A stretch of DNA of 63,738 bases, the filler included, from Chiloscyllium plagiosum (taxonomy: Eukaryota), in NCBI RefSeq assembly GCF_004010195.1. It is 4 parts of one record of this genome, joined end to end, with 100 filler letters (N's around TTAATTAATTAA, not from the genome) between each part and the next. Parts side by side here need not be neighbours in the genome. Positions count along the whole stretch, not along the records: positions 1 to 20,630 come from NC_057717.1; positions 20,731 to 48,547 come from NC_057717.1; 2 more parts are not named here. One strand, written 5' to 3'. The translations under genes were made by a program, and so were the position numbers. Below are positions 12,501 to 23,369 of this stretch, in pieces (within the stretch, counting starts at the first letter, position 1; the number at the start of each line of letters is the position of its first letter). A model generated the notes under the pieces. The model saw only the letters and a program-made list of their open reading frames with translations, was not told the origin of the DNA and did no database searches.

Positions 12501-13995
12501 CCCACAAACCGGATCCCTGGTACAGTGAGTCAGCCGTGCTAACCAATGAGACACCATATCTCCCTCACTTCCCCCCATAACAGTATCCCTGGTAATGTGA
12601 GACAGCCGCGCTAACTACTGCGACACCATGCTCCCCCTCCCCTCACCCTCTATCCCCCAAACTGGGTCCCTGGTACTGAGAGACAGCCCATGATAACCAC
12701 TGACAAAACATGTCCCCTGCCCCTTCCTCCAAACCGGGTACCTGTTACTGTTAAACAGCCGTACTAACCACTGAGACACCATACTCCCCTCCTCCTACCC
12801 CTCAAACCGGGTCCCTGGTACTGTGAGACTGTTGTGCTAAACACTGAGACACCATGCTCCCTCCCCACAAACCGGGTCCCTGGTACTGTGAGACAGCCAT
12901 GCTTCGCACCCCTGGTACTGTGAGACATTCGTGCTAACCACTGAGACACCATGCTCCCTTCCCTTACCCCTCAAACTGGGTCCCTCGTACTATGAGACAG
13001 CCGTGCTAACCACTGAGACACTATGCTCCCCCTCCCCCATAAATCGGGTCCCTGGTACTGTGAGTCAGCCGTGCTAACCAATGAGACGCCATATCCCCCT
13101 CACCTCCCCACAAAACCGCATCCCTGGTAATGTGAGACAGCCGCACTAACTACTGAGACACCATGCTCCCCCTCCCCTCAGCCCCTATCCCCCGAAACGA
13201 GTCCGTGGTACTGAGAGATAGCCGTGATAACCAGTGACAAAACACATCCCCTGCCCCATCCCCCAAACCGGATCCCTGGTACTGTTAAACAGCCGTACTA
13301 ACCACTGAGACACCATACCCCCATACTCCTCCCCCTCAAACCGGGTCCCTGGTACTGTGAGAATGCCGTGTTATCCACTGGAACACCATGACCCCTCCCC
13401 CTCCCCCCCCAAACTGTGTCCCTGGTACTATGAAACAGCCGTGTAAACCACTGAGACACCATGCCCCCTCCCCCTCCCTCCCCTAACCGGGTCCCTAGTA
13501 CTGTGAGACAGCCGTGATTACCACGACACAACATGTCCCCTGCCCCTCCCCTCAAACCGGGTCCCTGGTACTGTGAGACAGCCGTGATAACCAAAAAGAG
13601 ACACCATGCCCCCCTCCCCCTCCCCCTCCCCTTCCAGCCGGATCCCTGGTACTGTGAAACAGTCGTGCTAACCACTGAGTCACCATGCTCCCCTTCCCCT
13701 CCCCCTCAAAGCGTGTCCCTGTTACTGTGAGACAGCCGTGCTAACAAATGAGACGCCATGCCCCCCTCCCACTTCCTCCAAAACCGGATCTCTGGTACTG
13801 TGAGACAGTCGTCCTAACCACTGAGACACCATCCCCCCCTTCCCCACACCCTCCATCCGGCTCCCTGGTACTGTGAGACAACCGTGCTAACCACTGAGAA
13901 ATCATGCCCCCATCCCCTCCCCCTCCCATCCCAAACTGGGTCCCTGGTACTGTGAGACAGCCGTGCTAATGCCTGAGACAACTTGCCCCCTCTCC
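9525..13995 (-). repeat. Second SINE-head-derived tandem array (roughly 60 copies), reverse orientation
   Basis: Plus-strand unit CAAACCGGGTCCCTGGTACTGTGAGACAGCCGTGCTAACCACTGAGACACCATGCC plus C-rich linker is the reverse complement of the 1215-4826 unit. Confidence 0.93.
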
Positions 13996-14029
13996 CTCCC
14001 TCTCCCCTTGTTCCCCCAACCCCGAACTC

Positions 14030-14041
14030 CCAATGACGTCA
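14030..14041. promoter_or_regulatory. Overlapping CCAAT box and palindromic CRE (TGACGTCA)
   Basis: CCAATGACGTCA read directly, in unique sequence right after the array; function is not demonstrated. Confidence 0.35.
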
Positions 14042-14099
14042 CTGTGCTCGTGAATACTGTGCAAAATGTAAACCTGAAATGCAATCAGTAAACAGCGAC

Positions 14100-14235
14100 A
14101 AAACCTCACAATTGCTTCAGCATCTGAAAGGAGAAGCATGGGGAGCATATTGAGTCTGATATGGTCCTCTTCTGAAAAACTCATACTGGACTCAAAAGGT
14201 TAATTGTTTTTTTCTCTCTGCTCAGAATCTGTTAT
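14100..14235. mobile_element. Degenerate inverted pair of Penelope-type pseudo-LTR fragments
   Basis: TGAGTCTGATATGGTCCTCTTCTGAA followed by CTGAAAAACTCATACTGGACTCAAAAGGTTAA...TTTCTCTCT; eroded hammerhead cores in both orientations. Confidence 0.55.
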
Positions 14236-15197
14236 GGTTTTCCAGCACTTTCAACAGAGTTACTCTTTTGGACTGTAGATAATTGCCTGATCTGAAAGGG
14301 AACAGTGAAGCTGCCATTTCTGTTGACTCTCAAGTGTTTGGTATGGTTTTTGAATGAAAAATCAAAAACTATGTGCGTGAAAGCTCCCTAAATGCCGATA
14401 ATGTATTGCTACCTTCATAATGCATTTTGGAAATGTTGAACTCGGTGATCATGACATCATACGATCAATCCTCTGAAAGTAACTGGTTGAAGTACTGATC
14501 CCAATTGTTATCAACGTCTTATCATGCTCCTGATGTCGCAGGGTATATTTATCTAGGGTATGGGAAGGCACTAGCAAGGGCAGAGTTTATTTGTCATCCC
14601 CAGTGGCTCTGAACTAAGCAACACAGAGTTGTCCTGTTTTACCTCTTCAATCCAAAGTGATGCAGATTCACACAGTGCTGTTTGTAGGAGCATTCCAAGA
14701 TTGTTAATATATACTTGTGAAGGAACAGCAAATTATTCCCTGGTCAGGATGACATGTAACTTGGAAGATACCTTGAAGAGGCTGCATTTCCCATTGTTCC
14801 CATTACCTGTGAAAAATGTTCTCTAATTCCCATTAATCAGAGTTTTGCTCAGGGTCCTTGATTCCACTCTCAGTCAAGTCCTGTTTCAACTGAAAGGGAA
14901 GTCACTCTGATCTCACCTCAAATTACATTGGAAGATCAGTTGAAAGAATAAGGAGCAAAAGACAAGAACACTGTTTGTTTGAACAATGTCCTCACAATAT
15001 TCAAAAGAAAATTGATGCTTGGTCTTCCTTAATGCATTACTTCAACATGACATCACTTTTTAAACAATATTCAAATCGGTGGGGGTTTGTTCTTTTAATT
15101 TGCATCCAATTCAGTGTAGAAATGAGAACGTGAATTGATCTTCTCTAGTGTGTTTATAATCCAGAATTTAAATCAATCTCTATCATCATTGTTTTAG

Positions 15198-15468
15198 ATC
15201 TTTCAAACAAAGTTAATGAATGAGTCTGTGTCCATCCTGCAGATGAAAAAGATCTTTCAGCTCTGACTACTACAGGAAATATTGTAAAGAATAAGCTCCA
15301 GGCCCACATCAAATGGAAATTTTGCAGGGCAAGGTGCCTAAAGTTAAAAGGTCCCTCACAAAAACCACAACTGATTCACGCTGTAAATTCACCAAAATAG
15401 GAGAAAAAAACAAGAGACTGGGATTCCTAATTCTGCAACAACATCTGTAGAACAAGAAGAAAATCAAG
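15198..15468 (+). pseudogene. Candidate decayed coding exon
   Basis: Acceptor TTGTTTTAG ends at 15197 and donor AAG|GTTTGT starts at 15469; protein-like segments (KNKLQAHIKWK / EILQGKVPKVKRSL) are interrupted by stops and frameshifts. Confidence 0.3.
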
Positions 15469-15489
15469 GTTTGTTTCTGACATTCATAA

Positions 15490-16060
15490 ATGTTGATGAT
15501 CAGAAGGTGGGAGATGGTGGGGATATTGGAGGATAATAACCAATGTTATGGATGACACAATGATTACCTGGTGGAGCACAGTGAGCAGGAACGTGTTAGG
15601 GTACAGGAGGTTACAAACGGGTTGTCAGATGGCCAGATCAATGGCTGATAAAAGGTAACACTGAACAATGATAGATGCTGCACTTTGGAAGATATAACAA
15701 GACAAGAGAGAACTTAAACCATGAAGATAGGCTCGATTTGCTTTTGGAGCAGAGAAGGGTGAGGGGAGAACCTAACAGAGGTGTGTAAGAGCATGATAGG
15801 TATGGGCAGAGTGAACAGACAACAGCTGTTCCCCTTAGTAAAAGCGTAAAAACAAGGGTACTTACGTTTGAAATGGAAAAGAAAATACTAAGAGAGGATT
15901 TGTGAAATCTATTTTGAACCCAGGGGATGATATGTGTCAAGAATGCAAAGCCTGTGAGGGTGGTGCAGGAATTTTACCTCACAAACTTTATAAAACACTT
16001 GTATCAGCACTGGATGGTGCAGACTCGATGGGACTTGTCTTTCTTGCATGATTCCATGTG
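15490..16060 (+). mobile_element. Old CR1 RT / 3' fragments
   Basis: Eroded W.D.W.M.F...C...HFG and RVRGxLTEVCK motifs. Confidence 0.55.
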
Positions 16061-18469
16061 GTGGCAGCCATGAAAGCTTTGATATATTGTGAAGCACGAG
16101 CCAAAGGGACTTGTTGGTTTGTTCTATCGAACTGTGCTCAGTAAGTGGCGAGATTACAAACCAGCATGATCCCATGGGGTATCAGCACTTACTCAACCTC
16201 GGTCAGCCCAGCTATCTCTGACAACATTCAAGATAATTCACATGCTCAGTGCAAGCATCGTCCATCAAGAGCACTAACGTTATTCCAGCTGTTTGACACC
16301 ATTATTCTAAGGAAACCAATAACATAGAGACAGACTTTCCTTCATTATTACACAGACTATTATCGGTAAGGTTGCTATTTCTCTGAAAAGTAATAAATTC
16401 CATCCCATACGGTCGCTTTGACAATGAGTCAGTTTCCCTGTGATTTCCTGCGAGCTGTTCATCACAGCATGGTGGCTTGTTTAACGCTCCATCCACCACC
16501 GGTAATATTTACTCCCAGCCGAACCGGCACAAGAGCTGCACTGCTGACACTCCCTCTGAACGGCCACACCAACTGGACTGGAACGTCTCAAGGACAATTA
16601 ATGCTGGTCGAGTTCCGTTAAAATCCCGAATAAATTGAAAAGACAATCCGACTTTCTAATACTTATTGAACAATGTAGACATTTTATTGGTATGATGGGT
16701 TTGTCGCTGCCTTTGAAATTGTGTGGTCTATTTCCATGAAACCATTTTATACATATAGTGAAAGAACAAAAAAGATCAAGTCATGGATATTGTAAGATAA
16801 TGCAGCATTTAAGCACAGATGCCAGGGCATAGTAGGCTAATGATCTTCAGGTAACTGGGATTAATGTAGGTTGGTGTTTTCTGGCTGGCGTAGATGCAAT
16901 GGGCTGAAAGGCCAGTTTGTATGCTGTGTGACTCTATCACTTAAATTGTTGAAAACAGAGAATGTAGTCTCACTATTTCCATTGATTGTGAGCATCAAAT
17001 GGTGAAGAATACAATCCCCAAGGTCACACAACACACCGACTTGAAGCTATATCATTCTCCCTTCACTGTCAAATGGTTCAGAACCCCGTTTCTCTCTTTG
17101 TAACATACCTGTTCGTGTACCTGCACCACGAAACAACCTGGGGTTTATCACCATATTCTGAATAGAAAATAGACATAGGACACAGAATGCCGGCCTTGCG
17201 AACGAAACTCGCCTGCCAAGAATAACTGAAAGGAATCTGTACTATTAAAGACATCCATTCGACCCAATCTGATTTCTAAAGCAGATTCAAGGGAGGCTTT
17301 CACTTTGCCCTATGCTCCTGATCTTTCTCCAAAACCATGAATCCTTCCTGAGTGCTTTTTCCAGTGCTGTTTAAAAGTTACATGTGGAAAGTTGTGCCTA
17401 ATACCCTGAAAGGAGAAGTCTGCATGTTCATGAGAATCGTCTCATAATTTTTCAGTATCTAAAAAACAACAGAAATGTCGAAACTAGCATCAGGATTAAG
17501 TCACCAATACAACTCCGTCATGCGATAAGATCGTGGATGATCTGATTGTGACCTCAATCAAAATTCCTCCTTTGCCCTTTCAACGTTAGGGCGTCACTCT
17601 TAGTCAACAATCTGCCTGCCTCCGCCTTAGGAATATTCATTGTCTTCTCCTTCATTGCTATCTGGGAAGATAGTTCACAAATACACGACACTTTGAGTGG
17701 GTTAAAACAACCAACAACTTCTTTACTGAGATATTCTTCTGTTTTATTGTCCATCCACTCCTGATAATCTCTCTCACAAGCTGAAATATCGTTTCAGAGT
17801 TCAAATTGAAAAGACTACTTGGAATACTCTGGGGTTACCAAGATCACATGTTGTTCGCCTAAATTCCAGCAGATCCAGAGTCAGTCAGTTCAAGATTTCC
17901 TAATGAAATAAATGTTCCTCACAGGAGATAGTTGAGGTGAATCTTCTCTGAACTGATTGCATATCATTATGGCCATCACTCTCTCGATGTGGACTCGCCA
18001 TTACCCTGCAAATCTGTGGAAAATCTTCCCTAATTTTGAATGTCTTCTGTTTGAGCACGTTCCGACATTTATCTTATCTCGCTCAACACTTTATGTAGAC
18101 CTAAAGGTTTTATTTTATAATCAAAGTGCCTGCTTCCTCTGTGCCTCAACCCAATCTCTCCACTGAAATAATACACTGCCTTTCAATTCCCACCAACATA
18201 TTTGAGTGCACAGTTTTTCTGACGATGCTGCATACAATATTTGTCTGTTCACATGACCCACCTTAATCTATTTATAGACTCATGTCCTCTTCATACCTTG
18301 CTTTTCGAACAGTTTCAAATGTCTGCATTCTTCCCTAATACAGACAGAATATTTGGCCAAATAATAGATTGTGGTCAATGGAATTGACAATTTAGTATTT
18401 TAAATCAATGTCTGAACTATGAACTTGTGACAATGCTAAAATATTTTATATTCCCATCACTCAGTTCCC

Positions 18470-20423
18470 AAAAATCAAAGTAGGGACAGATGGTGTGGAA
18501 TCTGTGTGGTTACAATTAAGGAACGGAAAAGGTGAAAAACCATAGTTGAAGTTATGTACAGGCCTACAAATCGTAGTCATGAGCTGGGGCGGAGGACATA
18601 TCAACGGATTGAAAAGATGTGTAGGAAAGGCAAAGTTACAGTGATTGTGGGAGATTTCAATATGCAGGTGGACTGGGAAAATCAGATTGGCAGTGGTTTG
18701 CAAGGAAAGGAATTTGTGGAATGTTTCCGAGATGGCTTTTTGGAGCAGCTTATGGTGCGGGCAACGAGGGAAGGAGCAATACTGAATTTAGAATTATGCA
18801 ATGAGACAGACTTGATAAGGGAGCTTAAGGTAAAGAAAACTTTATGATGCGTGAGCATAATATTCAATTTACTGCAGTGAAGATAGAATCAGAGTTCACA
18901 ATATTAACGCTGAATAAAATTAACTACAAAGGCATGAGGGGGTAACTGGGTTGAATTGACTGGGAGAGTAGGCTAGTAAGAAAGACAGTGGAACAGTAAT
19001 GGGGGGGGGGGGGATGTTTCTGGGAATAAGTCAGGAGACACAGTAGAAATTCATCCCAAGCTAAAAGAAGCATGGTATAGCGAGGCTGAGGCAACAATGG
19101 ATGAGAGGGGAAATCAGGGTTAGCGTAAAAGCAAAAGAGAAATCAGATAATATGGCAAATGCCAGTGGGAAACCAGAGGATTTGGAAGTTTACAAATACC
19201 AATACACGGCAACAAAATAAGAAATAGGAGGAAGAAGATTACATATGAAGGTAAGATAGCCAGTAATATAAAAGACTGTAAGAGTTTCTTTCGATATATA
19301 AAGGGCAGAAGAGAGGCAGAAATGGACATTGGGACGCGTAAAATGACGCTGGAGATATAGTAATGGGGAACAAATAATGGCTGAGAAACTGAACAATTAT
19401 TTCATGTCAGTTTTCACAGTGAAAGACATGAATAGAAACCCACAAATTCAAGATAGCATGGGGCAGAACGTATTTGGAGAAGTTGCTCGAAAAACTAAAT
19501 GGGTAAATAAAATGGACCAGATGGTCCATATTGCAGAGTGCTATGGGAGATAGCTGAAGAAATCATGGAGACATTTGTGGTGATCTTTCATGACTTTGTC
19601 GAATCAGGGAGACGCTCAGAAGACTAGAAAGTTGATAAGGGGGTGACATCCTCTTTAAAAAGGGAATTAGGCGAAAGGCAGAAAGTGACAGTCTGATTAG
19701 GACAACCTCAGTCATGTGTAAGATCCTGGAATCCATTGTGAAGGATGAGATTTCTGAATACTTGCAAGTGAATTGTAAAACTGGGTAAAGTCGGTATGGT
19801 TTCATCAAGGAGACGTCATGCCTCATAAATCTGTAAGAGCTCTTTGAGGATGAAACAAGCAAGTAAAACAAGGGAAAGCCAGTGGATGTTATCCGCCTGG
19901 ACTTCAAGAAGGACTTTGACAAGGTGCCACATAGTAGGCTGCTGAGTACAATAAGGTCCCATTTTGTTCGAGGCAAGGTACTAGTGCGTGCAGAAGCTTG
20001 GCTGTCTGGCAGAAAGTAGAGAGTGGGGATAAAAGGGTCCTTCTCAGGATAGCAGCCAATGACAACTGGTGTTCCACAAGCCTCAGTGTTTTTACTTTGT
20101 ACATTAACGATTTATATTGAGGTACTGAGGGCATTCTGGGTATTTTTTTAGATGAAACAAAGATAGGAAGAGGGACAGGAAGCATTGAAGAGGCAGGGAG
20201 GCTGCAGAAGAATTTAGATCGATAGGAGTGTGGGAAAAGAAGTGGCAGATGGAGGACATCTTGGGAAAGCGTGAGGTGATGCACTTTGAGAGGTGGAAGA
20301 GAGGCATGGACTATTTCATATTTGAAAAGAAAATTCAGAAGTCTGAAGTGCAAACAGAGTTGTGAATTCTTGCACAGGAATGTCTCAAGGTAAACTTGAA
20401 GGTTGAGTGAATACTTAGGAAGG
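18470..20423 (+). mobile_element. CR1 ORF2 pseudogene (endonuclease through RT)
   Basis: ESVWLQLRN, MYRPTN, VIVGDFNMQVDW, YGFIKETSCLINL and LDFKKDFDKVPHSRL motifs, with many disruptions. Confidence 0.88.
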
Positions 20424-20630
20424 TGTTGTATCTGCCGCACAGTGAGGTTAAAGTCTTCTATTCAGCAAAAGGACTGTGAGTCAACTCTTACAAACAATAA
20501 TATGTGTTTATTGAGCGCAGTAAATGTTAGTACTATAAAATTTACTATAAAGTAATGAAAAAATATGCAAACTGTCTTACGCTTTCACTTAACTTTGGCC
20601 GATCGCGTACCACCACACTAGAACTTGGCC
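20424..20630 (-). mobile_element. Probable LTR 3' end inserted into the CR1
   Basis: CR1 homology stops abruptly at 20423; the insert starts TGTTGTA (CA end on minus) with AATAAA on the minus strand about 85 bp inside; truncated by the linker. Confidence 0.45.
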
Positions 20631-20730
20631 NNNNNNNNNNNNNNNNNNNNNNNNNNNNNNNNNNNNNNNNNNNNTTAATTAATTAANNNNNNNNNNNNNN
20701 NNNNNNNNNNNNNNNNNNNNNNNNNNNNNN
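20631..20730. other. Artificial contig linker 44N-TTAATTAATTAA-44N
   Basis: Identical 100-bp construct also at 48548-48647 and 60434-60533; the 12-mer has stops in all six frames. Confidence 0.95.
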
Positions 20731-21650
20731 TCTCGACATACATCCCACTGTACAGTAACCATCTCGTCTCGACATACCTCCCACTGTACAGTAAACATCA
20801 CACCCCGACATACCTCCCACTGTATAGTAACCATCACGTCCTGACATACCTCCCACTGTACAGTAACCATCACACCCCGACATATCTCCCACTGTACAGT
20901 AACCATCACACGCCGACATATCTCCCACTGTACAATAACTATCACAAACCGACATACCTCCCACTGTACAGTAACCTTCACGGCCCGACATACTTCCCAC
21001 TTTACAGTAACCAACACGGACCGACATACCTCCCACTGTACAGTAACTATCACTGTCCGAAATACCTCCCACTGTACAGTTAACATCACGGCCCGACATA
21101 CCTCCCACTGTATAGTAACCATCACAGCCTGACATACCTCCCAACGTACAGTAACCATCACACCCCGACATACCTCCCACTGTATAGTAAACATCACGGC
21201 CCGACATACCTCCCACTGTACAATAACCATCACGGCCCCACATACCTCTCAGTGTACAGTAACCATCACGGCCCGACACGCCTCCCACTGTACAGTAACC
21301 ATCACACCCCGACATACCTCCCACTGTACAGTAACCATCACGCCCCGACATACCTCCCACTGTACAGTTACTGTAACGGCACGACATACCTCCCACGGTA
21401 CAGTAACTAACACGGCCGAACATACCCCCCACTGTACAGTTACTGTCACGGCCCGACATACCTCCACTGTACAGTTACTGTCACGGCCCGACATACCTCC
21501 CACTGTACAGTTACTGTAACGGCACGACATAACTCCCACGGTACAGTAACTAACACGGCCGAACATACCTCCCACTGTACAGTTACTGTCACGGCCCTAC
21601 ATACCTCCCACTGTACAGGAACCATCACAGCCCGACATACCTCCCACTCT
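20731..21650. repeat. 36-bp minisatellite (~25 copies visible)
   Basis: Unit CCGACATACCTCCCACTGTACAGTAACCATCACGGC; 12-aa periodicity in the spurious ORFs; contains the palindrome ACTGTACAGT. Confidence 0.95.
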
Positions 21651-21664
21651 ATGGGCGCAACCAA

Positions 21665-21954
21665 GAGCGGCATGGCGGCTCAGTGTTTAACACTGCTACC
21701 TCACAGTGCCAAGGTCCTGGGTTCGATTCTGGCCTTCAGTAACTAACTGTGTGTAGGGTGTGCGCATTCCCCCCCGTGTCTGTTTGGGTTTCCTCCCACA
21801 GTACAAAAATGTGCGAGCCGGGTGTATTGGCCATATTAAATTCTTAAGTGCTTTCGTCAGAGGGAAATGGGTGTGGATGGGTTACTCTTCGGAGGGGTGA
21901 TATGGATTGGTTAGACTGAAGGGCCTGTTTCCACACAGTAAGGAATCTAATCTA
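21665..21954 (+). mobile_element. HE1-like V-SINE
   Basis: A box (GGCTCAGTG), B box GGGTTCGATTCT, V-domain remnant and tail GAAGGGCCTGTTTCCACAC...AATCTAATCTA. Confidence 0.85.
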
Positions 21955-22039
21955 CTCTCCAAGGTTCAAGTCAGGAATATGATGCAATAATCACTTGTCA
22001 GAATGTGTGTAGCTCCAATAGTACTCTAGTATGGAGTTA

Positions 22040-23205
22040 CTAGCAACAGGCAACACAGTTGCACGGGGAGGTTTATGTCTCACAAACTTGATTGAATGTT
22101 TTGAGGAAGTGACAAAATTGATTGATGAGAGCATGGGGCTGGATGTTAGCCGTTTGGACCTTAGCAAGGCCTTTGATGTGGTTTCTTATGGCAGGCTCAA
22201 ATAGAAGGTGTAGTGAAATGGGATCAGCTATCAGTTAGTAAGATGGATAGAGAATTGCTTGGTCATAGAATACAGAGTAGTGGTGGAATAGTGTTTTTGT
22301 GACTGGAGATCTGCAAATAATTTGCGGAGTTGCAGATTGTGAGGATGGTTGCCAGAGAATACAGCAGGATATAGGTCAGCTGCAGACTTGGACAGAGAAA
22401 ACACAGATATGACTTTATATGGACCGTTGTGACGTGATGTATTTTGGAAGGTCTAATGCAGGAGAGAAGTATAAAGTGGATGGAAAAACTATTGATTGCA
22501 TCAGCATACGAAGGGATTTGGTGTACTGCTCCACAGTTCCCTGAAAGTGGTAACATTGGTGGAGAGGGTGATCAGGAAGACTGATGGCAAACTTGCAGAC
22601 ATGCATCGGAGCATGCAGTATGAAAATTAGCAGGACATATTGCAACAGTAGTGAAACTTAGTTCGAGGTACATTTAGAATATTGTGGACAGTACTGGTTG
22701 CCACATGATGTTGAAGTTTTGGAGAGGGTATGGAAAGGTTTTACCAGCATGTTGTCTGGTTTGGTGGGTATGAGCTAGAAGGACAAATTGAACACACATG
22801 GTTTGTTTGCATCTGAGCATCATTGGCTATGTGGCTACCTGATAGATGTTTATAAAATTATCAGAGGCAGAGATAGAAGGACAGATATTGGCTTTTTCCC
22901 CCAGAATAGAAATATCAATTATTCAGGACCGTAGGTTTTCGGTAAAAGGGAGAAAGTTCAGGAGATGTGATACGTAAGGATTTTTTTTTGCTGTTCCAGA
23001 CAGAAGTACCTGGAATGCTCTGATAGAGGGGAAAATGCCAATCTTGGAAGGCTTAAGAGGGATCTTGGCAAAAGTATGAGTAAGTAGGGTATAGAATGAT
23101 TGAGAAGGTATCGGAGCAAAAACATTTATTTTAACTTTAGAAGGGCATGATGTGTCAGTGCGGGCTTGCTGGGCTGAAGGGCCTGTTCCTGTACTGGACT
23201 GTTCT
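22040..23205 (+). mobile_element. CR1 RT to 3' end, degenerate
   Basis: CLTNLIECFEEVTK, DLSKAFD, HLEYCGQYW and the tail GGGCTGAAGGGCCTGTTCCTG. Confidence 0.85.
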
Positions 23206-23369
23206 TTAAGACAAGATTTGAGCGTGGGAGTGGCGAGATGTTCACTGAATGAATACTGATTATCACAGCCACATTATTGTGGATCCCTCCCCTCATCAAC
23301 CTGCTGCTTCATATCCTTCCCCACTTTGGGGAAACTCAATATTGAGAATTTGACATGAATGTTAGAGCT

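Noticed and set aside
1284..13929. Many ORFs with MVSQWLARLSHSTRDP repeats
   Set aside because: Translations of the satellite in shifting frames; unit length is not a constant multiple of 3.
1215..13995. CRISPR-like repeat/spacer array
   Set aside because: Linkers are low-complexity G/A tracts rather than unique spacers, the constant part is a SINE head, there are no cas genes, and the context is vertebrate.
17554..17900. Protein-like minus-strand ORF MDNKTEEYLSKEV...
   Set aside because: Short, no recognisable motif, stops immediately upstream and no clear donor; cannot be supported without a search.
20679..21673. Long Cys/Gly-rich or Val-rich ORFs
   Set aside because: Produced by a 36-bp in-frame minisatellite that is open in more than one frame.
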